Shown here piece by piece: positions 9,692-21,419 of a DNA stretch of 64,000 nt. The notes below the pieces were generated by a model. It was not told the DNA's origin. It saw nothing but the letters and a program-made list of their open reading frames with translations, and made no database searches. Origin of the DNA: Alphaproteobacteria bacterium (GTDB lineage Bacteria; Pseudomonadota; Alphaproteobacteria; SP197); the NCBI GenBank assembly GCA_964291415.2, contig OZ219917.1:64001-128000 (forward strand), read 5' to 3'. Each line of letters opens with the position of its first letter. Position 1 is the stretch's first letter. The position numbers and the translations under genes are program-made.

Positions 9692-10492
9692 ATGCTGGAT
9701 GACTTCTTCGTACGCGCTCTCGTTGCCGGCACGGGGCTGGCACTCGTCACCGGACCCATGGGGTGTTTCATCGTATGGCGCCGTCTCGCCTATTTTGGCG
9801 AAACGATTGCCCACTCAGCCCTGCTCGGTGTGGCCATTGCCATTCTCGCGGACGCCCATCTGGTGATCGGCGTCTTCGCCATGGCCTCACTGGTGGTCGT
9901 GATCATGTTCTATCTTGAACGCCTTGACAGGATGCCGGTGGACACACTGCTGGGCATCCTCTCCCACAGCGGCCTTGCCCTGGGCCTGGTCGTCCTTTCC
10001 TTTCTTCCACCCATGCAGCTTGACCTGCACGGCCTGCTGTTCGGCGACATTCTCGCCGTCTCGCGCGATGACATCGCATTGATCTGGATCGGAGGCGCGG
10101 CGGCGCTGGGTCTCCTGTCGTGGATCTGGCGACCGTTGCTGGCAGCGACAGTCAATGCGGACCTGGCCACGGTGGCCGGATTGCGCCCTGAGCGGGCCCG
10201 CCTGGTGTTCGGCATGCTGCTGGCGGCGGTGATTGCTGCCGCCATCGAGATCGTCGGTGTCCTGCTGATCGTTGCACTGCTGATCATCCCTGCCGCCACG
10301 GTCCGGCGCCTGTCCAGGACTCCCGAAATCATGGCGGGGCTGGCAGCGGTCGCCGGTGTTGCCGCGGTGATCGCGGGGCTCTTTTCATCGGCACGGCTGG
10401 ATACGCCGACGGGCCCCTCGATCGTCGTTGCCGCCCTCGCCTTTTTCGCACTCACCCGCATCGGCTTCATGGGACCGAGACGGGATCCCTGA
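9692..10492 (+). CDS. znuB: Zinc ABC transporter permease
   Basis: MLDDFFVRAL, GCFIVWRRLAYFGETIAHSALLG, LFGDILAV, DTPTGPSIV. Confidence 0.95.
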   Translation: MLDDFFVRALVAGTGLALVTGPMGCFIVWRRLAYFGETIAHSALLGVAIAILADAHLVIGVFAMASLVVVIMFYLERLDRMPVDTLLGILSHSGLALGLVVLSFLPPMQLDLHGLLFGDILAVSRDDIALIWIGGAAALGLLSWIWRPLLAATVNADLATVAGLRPERARLVFGMLLAAVIAAAIEIVGVLLIVALLIIPAATVRRLSRTPEIMAGLAAVAGVAAVIAGLFSSARLDTPTGPSIVVAALAFFALTRIGFMGPRRDP

Positions 10493-10610
10493 ACGGACGA
10501 GAGGGCGTCGACGCCGGGATCTGCCGGCGGTGGACGCCATCGGGGGCGGGGAATAGTGTGCAGGCCGGCACCGGGACTGCATACGCTGGCGCGGTCGGGA
10601 ATGACGTCGC

Positions 10611-11756
10611 ATGAACCTTGAACCGAGTGCGGAACAGATGGCCTTGTTCGACGCGGCCCGGGCCTTCGCGCGCGACCGCCTGGCGCCCGTCGCCCGGGAT
10701 CTCGAGGAGGCCGGGACCATACCGCGGTCCCTGCTTCGCGACGCGGGCGAGCTGGGTCTGGGAGGCCTGTTTGTCGACGGGGAATTCGGCGGTGCGGACC
10801 TTTCCAGGCTCGACGGCGCATTCGTCTTCGAGGCCCTGGGTGGGGGGTGTCCCTCGATCGCCGCCTACATCTCCATCCACAACATGTGTGCGGGCATGAT
10901 CGACCGGTACGGCTCACCGGAACAGCGCGCGCGATGGCTCCCTGGACTGGTGGCCATGGATCTCGTCGCCGCCTATTGCCTCACCGAACCCGGCAGCGGA
11001 TCCGATGCCGCCGCCCTTGTCACGAGCGCCCGCATGGACGGCGACTCTTATGTGCTCAACGGCACCAAGAGTTTCATCTCAGGCGCCGGACTTGCCGACC
11101 TCTACCTCGTCATGGCGCGCACCGGGAATGAGGGTCCGCGAGGCATCTCCTGCATTGCCGTCGAGGCCGGCGCCCCCGGCCTTGGGTTCGGCGCGCCGGA
11201 AGACAAGATGGGATGGCGGGCCCAGCCCACGGCCGACGTGATCATGGACGAATGCCGCGTCGGGGCCGGCAACCTCGTGGGCGAGGCCGGCGCCGGCTTT
11301 CGCCAGGCCATGGCGGGTCTCGACGGCGGCCGCCTCAGCCTCGCCGCCGTTTCCCTGGGCGCGGCCCAGGAAACCCTTGACCGCAGCATCGCCTACTTGG
11401 GCGGGCGCCGCGCCTTCGGCGCCACCCTCGATCGGTTCCAGGCCCTGCAGTTCCGGCTGGCCGACATGGCGACGGAACTCGAGGCGTCGCGCGCCCTGTT
11501 GCGCCAGGCTGCGTGGAAGCTCGATCGCGGCGCCGGCGATGCCACGGTGCAGTGCGCCATGGCAAAGCGCTTCGTCACCGACGCCGCGTTCCGCGTGGCC
11601 AACGACGCCCTGCAGCTCCACGGCGGCTACGGCTACCTCGCGGACTACGGCATCGAGAAGACCGTGCGCGACCTCAGGGTGCACCAGATACTCGAGGGAA
11701 CGAACGAGATCATGCGCCTCATCATCAGCCGTGCGCTGATCGGTCCGCCTGCGTGA
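10611..11756 (+). CDS. Isobutyryl-CoA dehydrogenase-like acyl-CoA dehydrogenase
   Basis: YISIHNM, YCLTEPGSGSDAA, RDLRVHQILEGTNEIMR; adjacent to valine catabolism genes. Confidence 0.9.
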   Translation: MNLEPSAEQMALFDAARAFARDRLAPVARDLEEAGTIPRSLLRDAGELGLGGLFVDGEFGGADLSRLDGAFVFEALGGGCPSIAAYISIHNMCAGMIDRYGSPEQRARWLPGLVAMDLVAAYCLTEPGSGSDAAALVTSARMDGDSYVLNGTKSFISGAGLADLYLVMARTGNEGPRGISCIAVEAGAPGLGFGAPEDKMGWRAQPTADVIMDECRVGAGNLVGEAGAGFRQAMAGLDGGRLSLAAVSLGAAQETLDRSIAYLGGRRAFGATLDRFQALQFRLADMATELEASRALLRQAAWKLDRGAGDATVQCAMAKRFVTDAAFRVANDALQLHGGYGYLADYGIEKTVRDLRVHQILEGTNEIMRLIISRALIGPPA

Positions 11757-12802
11757 CAGGGGATCTCCAGACATGGTGCGAGGGCGGCCTCGGCCGCCTT
11801 GTCCTCGACCGGCCCGGAGCCCTCAATGCCCTCACCCACGCCATGGTGAGGGAACTCCTTGCGGTGCTTGGTGCATGGAGGGATGCCGATGACGTCTCCG
11901 GTGTCGTCATCGAGGGTAGCGGCGACAAGGCGTTCTCGGCGGGCGGCGACATTCTCGGTCTGTGGCAGCACGGCAAGCGCGGGGACCACGCCTTCGGGCG
12001 CGCCTTCTGGCGCGACGAATACCGGCTCGACCGGATGATCGCGCGCTATCCCAAGCCCTTCGTTGCGCTCATGGACGGCATCGTGATGGGCGGCGGCGTG
12101 GGCGTGTCCGCCCACGGATCGCATCGCATCGTGACCGAGCGGTCCGTCGTCGCCATGCCGGAGGTGTCCATCGGCTTTCTCCCCGATGTCGGAGGCACCT
12201 GGATCCTGTCACGCGCCCCGGGGAGACTGGGCGAATACCTCGCCATGACGGCCACGCGCCTGGGTCCGGCGGATGCCATTGTTGCCGGTTTCGCAGACCG
12301 CTTCATGGCATCCGATCGCCTCCCGGAACTGGTGAGGCGCCTGGAAGCCCAGGGACCGAATTCCGTCGACCGTCTGGCCGGTGAACCGCCCGGCGGTCTC
12401 CTCGAAGCGCGCCTCGACGAGATCAATGAGGCCTTCTCGGCGGCCGACGGTCCGGCCATCGTCGCCCGGCTGGAGGACTCTTCTGCGCCATGGGCACGCG
12501 AGGCTGCCGGCGCCATCCGGCGTCATTCGCCGCTCTCGGTCGCCTGTGCGCTGGAGGCCGTGCGCGCGGCGCGCCGCCTGGCAGATCTCGAAAGCTGCCT
12601 TGCCATGGAATTCCGCTTCGCCTGGCGGGCGACGCAGCAGACCGACTTCCTCGAGGGCATCCGCGCCGCGATCATCGACAGGGATCGCCACCCATGCTGG
12701 CGCCATGCCCGTCTCGATGACGTGACACCCGCCGAGGTCGCGGATCTGTTCGCGCCCCTCGGCGACGAGGAACTTGACCTCAAGGGAGATAGAGAACGAT
12801 GA
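11753..12802 (+). CDS. 3-hydroxyisobutyryl-CoA hydrolase (crotonase family)
   Basis: GTG start overlaps the upstream stop; FSAGGDI, DGIVMGGGVG, MPEVSIGFLPDVG, DFLEGIRAAIID. Confidence 0.88.
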   Translation: MTGDLQTWCEGGLGRLVLDRPGALNALTHAMVRELLAVLGAWRDADDVSGVVIEGSGDKAFSAGGDILGLWQHGKRGDHAFGRAFWRDEYRLDRMIARYPKPFVALMDGIVMGGGVGVSAHGSHRIVTERSVVAMPEVSIGFLPDVGGTWILSRAPGRLGEYLAMTATRLGPADAIVAGFADRFMASDRLPELVRRLEAQGPNSVDRLAGEPPGGLLEARLDEINEAFSAADGPAIVARLEDSSAPWAREAAGAIRRHSPLSVACALEAVRAARRLADLESCLAMEFRFAWRATQQTDFLEGIRAAIIDRDRHPCWRHARLDDVTPAEVADLFAPLGDEELDLKGDRER

Positions 12803-13686
12803 CCTCAGTCGGATTCATCGGCCTTGGCAACATGGGAACACCCATGGCGGCCAATCTGGTGGCGGCAGGGCTCCATGTCACCGGCCACGACGTGGCGGAT
12901 GGGGCCCGCTCCGCGGCCCGCCACAAGGGTGTCGACATCGCCGACAGCGCGGTCGCCGCGGCGGCGGGCCGCGATGTCGTCATCACCATGCTGCCGGACG
13001 GCGCTGCCCTCCTCGAGGTCTACCGCACGATCATGGCCGACGTGCGTGCGGGCGCAGTCGTGATGGACTGCTCGACGGTCGACATCGCTGCCGCAAGAAA
13101 GGCGCATGGCATGGCGGCGGAACGGAACCTTCCCTCGGTCGATGCCCCGGTCTCCGGAGGCATCGCCGGCGCCGAGGCGGGAACGCTCACCTTCATGGTC
13201 GGCGGGGACCCACCCGCTTGCGAGGCCGTCCGCCCGCTGCTCGACGTCATGGGCCGCACGATCGTCCTGTGCGGCGGTCCGGGATGCGGCCAGGCGGTCA
13301 AGATCTGCAACAACATGATTCTCGGGATCTCGATGATCGGCGTCGCCGAGGCCCTCACCCTCGCCGGAAAACTCGAACTCGAGCCCGAGCGGGTGTTCGA
13401 TGTCGTCTCGACCTCGTCGGGTTCGTGCTGGTCGATGAACGACTATTGCCCGCTCCCGGGCGTCGGGCCCGACAGTCCGGCCGATCACGACTATGCGCCG
13501 GGCTTTGCCGCCGCCCTCATGTCGAAGGACCTGGGCTTGAGCCAGCAGGCGGCTGCTTCGGTGGATGTCGCCACGCCGATGGGCGCGACGGCAGCCTCCG
13601 TCTACGAGGCCATGGTGGCGTCGGGCAAGGGCCACCTCGACTTCTCGGCCGTCATCCGGCATGTCCGGTCGCTGATGAGGGAGTGA
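12799..13686 (+). CDS. mmsB: 3-hydroxyisobutyrate dehydrogenase
   Basis: FIGLGNMG.PMA.NL, DAPVSGG, LTFMVGG, KICNNMILG, GFAAALMSKDL. Confidence 0.93.
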   Translation: MTSVGFIGLGNMGTPMAANLVAAGLHVTGHDVADGARSAARHKGVDIADSAVAAAAGRDVVITMLPDGAALLEVYRTIMADVRAGAVVMDCSTVDIAAARKAHGMAAERNLPSVDAPVSGGIAGAEAGTLTFMVGGDPPACEAVRPLLDVMGRTIVLCGGPGCGQAVKICNNMILGISMIGVAEALTLAGKLELEPERVFDVVSTSSGSCWSMNDYCPLPGVGPDSPADHDYAPGFAAALMSKDLGLSQQAAASVDVATPMGATAASVYEAMVASGKGHLDFSAVIRHVRSLMRE

Positions 13687-13692
13687 TCCAGC

Positions 13693-14463
13693 ATGTCTGA
13701 ACACATCATCGTCGAGCGCGACCGCCGTGTCCTCGTTGTCCGTCTCAACCGGCCCCAGGCGCTCAACGCCCTCAACACCGACCTCGCCAGGGACCTCTTA
13801 CGTGTCCTTGAGGAGGCCGACCGCGACCCCGCTATCGGCGCCTTCGTCATCACCGGCTCCGAAAGGGCCTTTGCCGCCGGCGCCGACATCCGGGAGATGG
13901 CATCCAGGGACTTCGCCTCCGTCTTCGGCGACGACCTCTTCGCCGAGTGGGACCGCTTTGCCTCCCTCAGGACACCCGTCATCGCCGCCGTCGCCGGCTA
14001 TGCCCTGGGCGGCGGATGCGAACTTGCGATGATGTGCGACATCATCATCGCCGCCGAGGACGCCCGGTTCGGCCAGCCGGAAATCAGGCTCGGCGTCATG
14101 CCGGGCATGGGCGGCACGCAGCGCCTTGCCCGTGCAGTCGGCAAGGCCAAGGCCGTCGATCTCATCCTGACCGGTCGCATGATGGATGCCGCCGAGGCCG
14201 AACGGTCGGGGCTGGTGGCGCGTGTCGTGCCCGCCGACCGGCTGATCGACGAGGCTCTCGAGGCGGCGCACACCATCGCCGGACACGGCCGGCTCGCCAC
14301 GCGCATGGCCAAGGAGGCGATCAACCGCGCCTTCGAGACCTCGCTCGCCGAGGGTCTCGCCTTCGAGAAACGCGCCTTCCAGTCTCTCTTCGCCACCGAC
14401 GATCAGAAGGAAGGCATGGCCGCCTTCATCGAAAAACGCTCACCCCGATTCACGGATTCGTGA
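13693..14463 (+). CDS. Enoyl-CoA hydratase
   Basis: [39 protein letters not shown]. Confidence 0.93.
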   Translation: MSEHIIVERDRRVLVVRLNRPQALNALNTDLARDLLRVLEEADRDPAIGAFVITGSERAFAAGADIREMASRDFASVFGDDLFAEWDRFASLRTPVIAAVAGYALGGGCELAMMCDIIIAAEDARFGQPEIRLGVMPGMGGTQRLARAVGKAKAVDLILTGRMMDAAEAERSGLVARVVPADRLIDEALEAAHTIAGHGRLATRMAKEAINRAFETSLAEGLAFEKRAFQSLFATDDQKEGMAAFIEKRSPRFTDS

Positions 14464-14469
14464 CGGCCG

Positions 14470-15300
14470 TCAGTCTCTCAGGAGTTCGTTGATGGACGTC
14501 TTGGCGCGCGTCCTTTCATCCACCTGCTTGATGATGACCGCACAGTAGAGCGAGGGGCCGCCCGGGACCTTCGGCGGCAGGGCTCCCGGCACCACGACAG
14601 AACCGGCCGGGACGCGTCCGGTGATGGTCTCTCCCGTCTCGCGATGAACGATCCGGGTGGAAGCGCCGATGAAGACACCCATGGAGAGCACCGAACCCTT
14701 CTCGACAATCACGCCTTCGACGACCTCGCTGCGGGCGCCGATGAAACAGTCGTCCTCGATGATCACGGGCGCGGCCTGCAGCGGCTCGAGGACGCCGCCC
14801 AGGCCTGCGCCCCCGGAAATGTGGCAGTTGCGGCCGACCTGGGCGCAGCTCCCCACGGTGGCCCAGGTATCCACCATCGTCCCCTCGCCGACCCAGGCGC
14901 CGACGTTGACGAAACTCGGCATCAGCACGACGCCGGGCGCGACATAGGCGCCGTGACGGACGATGGCGTGCGGCACGGCCCGGAATCCGGCCGCCGCGAA
15001 CCGGGCGTCATCCCATCCCTCGAACTTGTTCTCCACCTTGTCATACCAGCTGGCATCGGCGCCCGGGGCGCCCGGAATGGTCCGGGTTTCGGTGAGCCTG
15101 AAGGACAGCAGAACCGCCTTCTTCAGCCATTCGTTGATGATCCAGCCGTCGCCGCCCGGTTCGGCAATCCGGCAATCACCCGAATCCAGCAGGTCGACAG
15201 CCTGAAGAACAGCGTCCCGGAGCGGCCCCGTGGTGGCGGTGTTGATCGTGGTCCTGGCGTCCCAGGCCTCCTCGATCGTGGTCTGGAGATCGTGCGTCAT
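14470..15300 (-). CDS. dapD: Tetrahydrodipicolinate N-succinyltransferase
   Basis: [46 protein letters not shown]; start at MTHDLQ. Confidence 0.97.
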   Translation of the reverse strand: MTHDLQTTIEEAWDARTTINTATTGPLRDAVLQAVDLLDSGDCRIAEPGGDGWIINEWLKKAVLLSFRLTETRTIPGAPGADASWYDKVENKFEGWDDARFAAAGFRAVPHAIVRHGAYVAPGVVLMPSFVNVGAWVGEGTMVDTWATVGSCAQVGRNCHISGGAGLGGVLEPLQAAPVIIEDDCFIGARSEVVEGVIVEKGSVLSMGVFIGASTRIVHRETGETITGRVPAGSVVVPGALPPKVPGGPSLYCAVIIKQVDERTRAKTSINELLRD

Positions 15301-15998
15301 CAAGGGAACCCTTCCCGTCTGGTGGAGGCTGAAGCGCCGCCGGACTGGATGAGCGCGGCCAGCCAGCCGGCGAGATCCGGCGTGTGATGGTCGATGTGAT
15401 CGCCCGCCGCGTCTGACGGTTCCCCGACCAGGACCGTGGTCATGCCGAGATCCTTGGCCGGCTTGAGGTTGCGGGCGAGGTCCTCGAAGTAGATGGCCCG
15501 GACAGGATCGATATCGTGACGCCGGATGAGCGCCTGGTAGACGACGGGATCGGGCTTCGGGATGTAGCCCGAGGCGACGATGTCGAACACGGCCTCGAAA
15601 CATCCGGCGACACCCAGGCGTTCCATGGCGCGCATGGCATGCGGCTCATCGCCGTTGGTGAAGATCAGCTTGCGCCCGGGCAGTTCCTCCAGCGTGCGGG
15701 CGAGGTCCGGATTTTCCGGTATCGGCGACCAGTCGATGTCGTGCACGAAGGCGAGGAACTCCTCGGGGTCGCAGTCATGGATCTTCATCAGGCCGTTCAG
15801 CGTGGTGCCGTGCTCGAGGTAGTACTGCTTCTGCAGCGCCCGTGCCTGGTCCTGTCCGAGTCCGAGGAACTCAGCGATGTAGATGGTCATGCGGTCGGTG
15901 ACCTGGTCGAAGAAGCCGAACCGGGCGGAATAGAGCGTGTTGTCCAGATCGAAGATCCAGGTGTCCACGGTCCCGAGAATGCGTTCTGCGGTTCTCAC
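15300..15998 (-). CDS. Pyrimidine 5'-nucleotidase (HAD superfamily)
   Basis: [41 protein letters not shown]. Confidence 0.92.
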   Translation of the reverse strand: MRTAERILGTVDTWIFDLDNTLYSARFGFFDQVTDRMTIYIAEFLGLGQDQARALQKQYYLEHGTTLNGLMKIHDCDPEEFLAFVHDIDWSPIPENPDLARTLEELPGRKLIFTNGDEPHAMRAMERLGVAGCFEAVFDIVASGYIPKPDPVVYQALIRRHDIDPVRAIYFEDLARNLKPAKDLGMTTVLVGEPSDAAGDHIDHHTPDLAGWLAALIQSGGASASTRREGFP

Positions 15999-16915
15999 GC
16001 GTTGATCTTCGTGCCGGTGCCGTTTTCCGTGAACAGCTCGAGCAGCAGGACATGGGGAATGCGGCCGTCAAGGATGTGGGCGGCGCCGACGTCGTGCTCC
16101 AGGGCCTTCAGACAGGTCTCGAGCTTCGGAATCATGCCGCCGGTGATGGCTCCGGTGTCGAACAGCTGCTTCGCTTCCAGGAGCGACATCTCCGAGATGA
16201 GCGTGCCCTCGGCATCGAGCACCCCCGGGACATCGGTGAGCAGCAGCAGCTTGGGCGCCTTCAGCGCCACGGCGATGGCGCCGGCCGCGGTATCGGCGTT
16301 GATGTTGTAGGTATCGCCGTTCTCGGCGATCCCCACCGGCGCGATGACGGGTATCGCCTGGGTCGACGCCAGGAGCGTCAGGATGTCGGCATTGACCTTC
16401 TCGGGCTCGCCGACGAACCCGAGATCGACGATTCCTTCGATGTTCGAATCGGGATCACGGGTCAGCCGCTCGACCTTGCGGGCCTGCAGAAGACGCCCGT
16501 CCTTGCCCGAGATGCCGATCGCAAGACCGCCCTCGGCATTGATCGACGACACGATCTTCTTGTTGATGGAGCCGGCCAGGACCATCTCCACCACGTCCAT
16601 GGATCGCTTGTCGGTGACTCGCAGGCCATCGACGAACTGCGACTCGATCGCCAGGTCGTCGAGCATGGAACCGATCTGCGGCCCGCCACCGTGAACGATG
16701 ACCGGGTTGATTCCCACCTGCTTGATGAGGACGACATCGCGGGCGAAGTCCCGCGCCAGCTTGTCGTTCCCCATGGCATGACCGCCATACTTGATGACGA
16801 AGGTGTACCCGGAAAACTGGCGCAGATAGGGCAATGCCTCCGCCAGGGTCTCGGCGGTTCTCAACCAGTGCTTGGTGACAGCGATGTTCTTTTCGGCAGT
16901 GCCGCGCCTGATCAT
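15995..16915 (-). CDS. argB: Acetylglutamate kinase
   Basis: [47 protein letters not shown]. Confidence 0.97.
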   Translation of the reverse strand: MIRRGTAEKNIAVTKHWLRTAETLAEALPYLRQFSGYTFVIKYGGHAMGNDKLARDFARDVVLIKQVGINPVIVHGGGPQIGSMLDDLAIESQFVDGLRVTDKRSMDVVEMVLAGSINKKIVSSINAEGGLAIGISGKDGRLLQARKVERLTRDPDSNIEGIVDLGFVGEPEKVNADILTLLASTQAIPVIAPVGIAENGDTYNINADTAAGAIAVALKAPKLLLLTDVPGVLDAEGTLISEMSLLEAKQLFDTGAITGGMIPKLETCLKALEHDVGAAHILDGRIPHVLLLELFTENGTGTKINA

Positions 16916-17016
16916 GGAGGGCCGCCTTCATTCACCCGAATCCGGCAAGGGGAACCCTGAGAATAGTCCGGTTGTTCCGGCAGGTGCAAACCGGCCGCCT
17001 CGCCCGGTATCCGGCC

Positions 17017-17811
17017 TCAAGCCTCGGCGGAGTGCAGGATCTGGCTCAGGAAGAGCTTGGTGCGGTCGCTCTTCGGATTCCTGAAGAACTCCGTCGGCGG
17101 CGCCTGTTCGACGATCTGCCCGTCGTCCATGAAGATGATCCGGTTGGCGACCTGGCGGGCGAACCCCATTTCGTGGGAGACGACGAGCATCGTCATGCCG
17201 CTTTCCGCGAGATCCACCATGACCTCGAGAACCTCCTTGATCATCTCCGGGTCGAGCGCCGAGGTCGGTTCATCGAACAGCATGACGCGCGGCTCCATGC
17301 ACAGCGACCGGGCGATGGCCACCCGCTGCTGCTGGCCGCCGGACAGCTGGCCCGGGAACTTGGAGGCCTGTTCGGGAATCTTCACCCGCTCGAGATAGCG
17401 CATGGCGGATTCCTCGGCGTCGGCCCTGGGCATGCGCCGCACCCAGATCGGCGCCAGGGTGCAGTTCTCCAGCACGGTGAGGTGCGGGAACAGATTGAAG
17501 TGCTGGAACACCATGCCCACCTCGCGGCGCACCTGGTCCATTTTCTTGATGTTGTCGGTCAGCTCGATGCCGTCGACCTCGACCGTGCCGCGCTGATGTT
17601 TCTCGAGCCGGTTGATGCAGCGGATCATGGTCGACTTGCCTGACCCCGAGGGACCGCAGATCACGATTCGCTCGCCGCGGTAGACGGTCAGGTTGATGTC
17701 CTTCAACACGTGGAAGTCGCCGAACCACTTGTTCATCGACGTGATGTCGATCACCACCTCGTCGGTGACAGCGCCGGCGACGGTTGCCTGGGGGGCGTCC
17801 TGATCAGTCAT
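17017..17811 (-). CDS. aapP: General L-amino acid ABC transporter ATP-binding protein
   Basis: [43 protein letters not shown]. Confidence 0.9.
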   Translation of the reverse strand: MTDQDAPQATVAGAVTDEVVIDITSMNKWFGDFHVLKDINLTVYRGERIVICGPSGSGKSTMIRCINRLEKHQRGTVEVDGIELTDNIKKMDQVRREVGMVFQHFNLFPHLTVLENCTLAPIWVRRMPRADAEESAMRYLERVKIPEQASKFPGQLSGGQQQRVAIARSLCMEPRVMLFDEPTSALDPEMIKEVLEVMVDLAESGMTMLVVSHEMGFARQVANRIIFMDDGQIVEQAPPTEFFRNPKSDRTKLFLSQILHSAEA

Positions 17812-17821
17812 GGCATGTGTC

Positions 17822-18928
17822 CTAGTGACCGGTGTGCAGCCTGCGCTCGAGCCATGCGGAATAGCGCGACATGCCGAAGCAGCACAGGAAGAAGAAGATG
17901 GCAACGAAGATGTAGACCTCCGTCGACAGGCCCTGCCACGTGGTGTCGGAGAGCGTCGCCTTGCCGATGCCGAGGGGATCGAGGAGGCCGATGATGATGA
18001 CCAGGGTCGTGTCCTTGTAGAGCGCGATGAAGGAGTTGACGATTCCGGGGATCGAGATCTTCAGCGCCTGGGGCAGAATGACGAGTCTCATGGTCTTCCA
18101 GTAGGGAAGACCCAGGGACTTCGCGGCCTCGTACTGCCCCGACGGCATGGCCTGGAGCCCGCCGCGGATGACCTCGGCGAGGTAGGCGGCCGAGAACAGG
18201 GTCACCATGATGAGGACGCGCACCAGCAGGTTGAAGCTGGTGCCGGGCGGCATGAAGTAGTTGAGCAGGGTCGAGGCGACGAAGAGCAGCGTGATGAGCG
18301 GCACGCCGCGTATGAATTCGATGAAGGCGACGCACAGCACCCTGATGATGAAGAGATCGGACTGCCGGCCCAGGGCCAGCAGGATGCCCAGCGGCAGGGA
18401 GGCGGAAATCCCGGTGATGCCGATGACGATGGTGAGCAGGAACCCGCCGAATCGCGCGGTCTCCACCTCCGGCAGGCCGAGGCCGCCGATCAGCAGGAAG
18501 TAGGCGACCACGGGATAGCAGATGGAGAACCCGACGAGGTACCGCCGCCACGGAATCCTGTCGTAGAGCACCGGCGCCAGGGCCACGAACAGCAGGACAA
18601 AGGCGAGATTCGCTCTCCAGCGTTCGCTCTTCGGGTAGTCGCCGTAGACGAACTGGTCGAAGCGTGTGACCACCACCGCCCAGCAGGCGCCGTCAGAGGT
18701 ATCCCAGCACTCGGTACGTGACGCGGCGTTCCACACCGCGTCGAAGATCGCCCAGTCAAGGAGCGGCGGGATGATCAGCCACAGGAGATACACCACCACG
18801 AAGGTGAGGACGATGTTGGAGGCCGACGAGAAGAGGTTGTCCTTGAGCCAGCGGGCGATCCCCACCGACATCACGGGCGGTGGCAGGGTCGGCGCCTTCT
18901 CGTGAACGATATGGAGGGGACGCTCCAT
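17822..18928 (-). CDS. aapM: General L-amino acid ABC transporter permease
   Basis: [36 protein letters not shown]. Confidence 0.9.
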   Translation of the reverse strand: MERPLHIVHEKAPTLPPPVMSVGIARWLKDNLFSSASNIVLTFVVVYLLWLIIPPLLDWAIFDAVWNAASRTECWDTSDGACWAVVVTRFDQFVYGDYPKSERWRANLAFVLLFVALAPVLYDRIPWRRYLVGFSICYPVVAYFLLIGGLGLPEVETARFGGFLLTIVIGITGISASLPLGILLALGRQSDLFIIRVLCVAFIEFIRGVPLITLLFVASTLLNYFMPPGTSFNLLVRVLIMVTLFSAAYLAEVIRGGLQAMPSGQYEAAKSLGLPYWKTMRLVILPQALKISIPGIVNSFIALYKDTTLVIIIGLLDPLGIGKATLSDTTWQGLSTEVYIFVAIFFFLCCFGMSRYSAWLERRLHTGH

Positions 18929-18932
18929 GGCG

Positions 18933-20129
18933 TCACCGCTCCACCAGGCGGATGCGCCGGTTGTACCAGTTCATGAAGGCCGAAATCGTCAGCGAGATGA
19001 GCAGGTAGATGGTGAGCAGGATGGACATGCACTCGAGCGCCCGGCCGGTCTGGTTCAGCGATATGCGGCCGATGGTGGCGGTGAGGTCCATGTAGCCGAC
19101 GGCGATCGCCAGCGACGAGTTCTTGGTCAGGTTGAGATACTGGCTGATGAGCGGCGGAACGATCACCCGCAGCGCCTGCGGGATGATGACGAGGCGCATG
19201 GTCCAGCCGGGCTTGATGCCCAGCGAGTAGGCGGCTTCGGTCTGTCCGTGACTGACCGCCACGATGCCGCCGCGCACGATCTCGGCGATGAACGCCGCCG
19301 TGTAGATCGACAGGGCGAACCACAGGGCGAAGAACTCGGGCTTGAGCGCGATGCCGCCCTGGTAGTTGAAGCCCTTGAGGGCGGGCCAGTCGAGACTGAC
19401 CGGCGATCCGGCGACGAAGAAGGCGACGACGGGGACGGCGACGATGGCCGCCAGGGACATCGACAGGACGGGATAGATTCGCCCGGTCTGTTCCTGGACA
19501 CGCCGCGCGTGGCGGGCAAACAGGTAGACGCCGACAAGGGTGGCGACAAGACTGACCGGTATCACCCAGGCAAAATCCTCGAAGACCGGGCGCGGCAGGT
19601 AGAACCCCCGGTTGGAGAGAAAGAGCCCGCTGACCGGCTCGATGGCCTGCCTGGGATGCGGCAACACGTGCACGACGATGCCGTACCACAGGAGGATATG
19701 GAGGAGCACCGGCACATTGCGCGTGAACTCGATGTAGGCGGTCATCAGCCTGGAGACGAGCCAGTTGTTCGACAGGCGCAGGATGCCGACCATGAACCCG
19801 AGGAGCGTGGCGAAGATGATGCCGGTGACCGCGACCAGCACCGTGTTCAGGAATCCGACCAGGGCGGCGCGCGCGTGGGTCGAGCGAGAGGAGTACTCGA
19901 TCAGTCGCTGGTTGATGTCGTAGCTGGCCGGATGCCCGAGGAAGCCGTACCCGGTTTCCACACCGAGATTCTCGAGGTTCTGGACCGTGTTGTTGATGAT
20001 CCAGCCCAGCGCCAGGAGCAGGACGACGAGGGCGAGAATCTGGATCACGAGGGACCGGGACCGTTCGTTGGTCCACAGGTCGGACAGGTGAAAGTCCCTG
20101 CCCTGTTCAACACCCGAATGGGCTGTCAC
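18933..20129 (-). CDS. aapQ: General L-amino acid ABC transporter permease
   Basis: GFLNTVLVA, LRLSNNWL, YTAAFIAEIVRGGI, QYLNLTKNSSLA. Confidence 0.9.
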   Translation of the reverse strand: MTAHSGVEQGRDFHLSDLWTNERSRSLVIQILALVVLLLALGWIINNTVQNLENLGVETGYGFLGHPASYDINQRLIEYSSRSTHARAALVGFLNTVLVAVTGIIFATLLGFMVGILRLSNNWLVSRLMTAYIEFTRNVPVLLHILLWYGIVVHVLPHPRQAIEPVSGLFLSNRGFYLPRPVFEDFAWVIPVSLVATLVGVYLFARHARRVQEQTGRIYPVLSMSLAAIVAVPVVAFFVAGSPVSLDWPALKGFNYQGGIALKPEFFALWFALSIYTAAFIAEIVRGGIVAVSHGQTEAAYSLGIKPGWTMRLVIIPQALRVIVPPLISQYLNLTKNSSLAIAVGYMDLTATIGRISLNQTGRALECMSILLTIYLLISLTISAFMNWYNRRIRLVER

Positions 20130-20173
20130 TTAAGAATCCGGTCCCGGAAGATCAGTGATCATGCCAGGAACCA

Positions 20174-20209
20174 CAACCGGCACCCGTTCCAGTCAACGGG
20201 TGCCGGTTG
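20174..20209. terminator. Perfect 15-bp stem-loop between aapJ and aapQ (terminator or mRNA stabiliser)
   Basis: caaccggcacccgtt-ccagtc-aacgggtgccggttg just after the binding-protein stop codon. Confidence 0.7.
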
Positions 20210-20233
20210 CGATTTCTCGAAGATCAGCTCAGA

Positions 20234-21250
20234 TCAACGGAACGGCGGGGCGTAGAGGATGCCACCGTCGAGATAGGAGGCATTGACACCACGCGAAAGG
20301 CCGATCGGCGTATCGGGACCGATGTTGCGATCGAAGATCTCGGCGTAGTTGCCAACGGCGTTGATGACGTTGACGACCCAGTCCTGGTCGAGCCGCAGCA
20401 TGGCGCCGAACTCGCCTTCGGTGCCGAGCATGCGATTGATCTCGGGGTTGTTGGTGCCTTCCGCAAGATCATTCACGTTGCCGGAATCGATGCCGTACTC
20501 CTCGGCAAGGATCAGCGCGTTGAGCGTCCAGCGGGCGATGTCGCCCCACTCGTCGTCACCGTGCCTCACCAGCGGGCCGAGTGGCTCCTTCGAGATGATC
20601 TCGGGCAGGACCACGTGGTCATCCGGATTGTCGAGGGCCGCACGGGTCGCGGCGAGACCGGAACGGTCCGTCGTGTAGACGTCGCAACGCCCTGCCAGGT
20701 AGTTCTGGCGCGCTTCCTCGTTGTTCTCGATGGGAACCGGCTCGTAGTCCATGCCGTTCGCCCGGAAGAAGTCCGCGAGGTTGAGCTCGGTGGTCGTGCC
20801 GGTCTGGATGCAGACCGAGGCGCCCTCGAGATCATGGGCACTCTCGACGCCGAGCGCCTTGTTCACGATGAACCCCTGGCCGTCATAGTAGTTGACGCCA
20901 ACGAAGGTGAGCTTGAGGTCGTTGTCGCGGCTGTATGTCCAGGTCGTGTTGCGCGACAGGACATCGATCTCGCCCGCCTTGAGGGCTTCAAAGCGTGTGG
21001 CGCCGGTGAGGTTCGTGTACTTCACTGCGCCGGCATCGCCGAACACTGCCGCGGCCAGTGCCTTGCAGTAGTCAACATCGAAACCCTGCCAATCGCCCGC
21101 TTCATCCTTGAAGGCAAAGCCCGGCAGACCGGTGTTGATGCCGCATTGCACATGACCCTTCGCCCGGACGTCGTCGAGCGTCGCCGCCCCGGCGACGGAC
21201 GTGACGGCTGCCAGTGCTCCGGCTGCGATCAGTAAGATCAGTTTTCTCAT
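20234..21250 (-). CDS. aapJ: General L-amino acid ABC transporter substrate-binding protein
   Basis: GFDVDYC.A.AAA, LSRNTTWT, YYDGQGF, GTTTELNLADFF, ISKEPLGP, VGNY.EIF.RN. Confidence 0.93.
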   Translation of the reverse strand: MRKLILLIAAGALAAVTSVAGAATLDDVRAKGHVQCGINTGLPGFAFKDEAGDWQGFDVDYCKALAAAVFGDAGAVKYTNLTGATRFEALKAGEIDVLSRNTTWTYSRDNDLKLTFVGVNYYDGQGFIVNKALGVESAHDLEGASVCIQTGTTTELNLADFFRANGMDYEPVPIENNEEARQNYLAGRCDVYTTDRSGLAATRAALDNPDDHVVLPEIISKEPLGPLVRHGDDEWGDIARWTLNALILAEEYGIDSGNVNDLAEGTNNPEINRMLGTEGEFGAMLRLDQDWVVNVINAVGNYAEIFDRNIGPDTPIGLSRGVNASYLDGGILYAPPFR

Positions 21251-21419
21251 GTGTCTTGGTCCCTTTCAGTGTTGTTCGTCGGTCAGGAGAGTGCCTCTGA
21301 CAACGAGGGTCTCATCCTCTCCCAACCGGGCCCCGACTGTCAATCGTGAGGACCTCGGCGGTGAGCGTGCCGCCTTCGTGATCCGGTGGTTCCTTCACAG
21401 GCGAACCGGATGTCTTCGC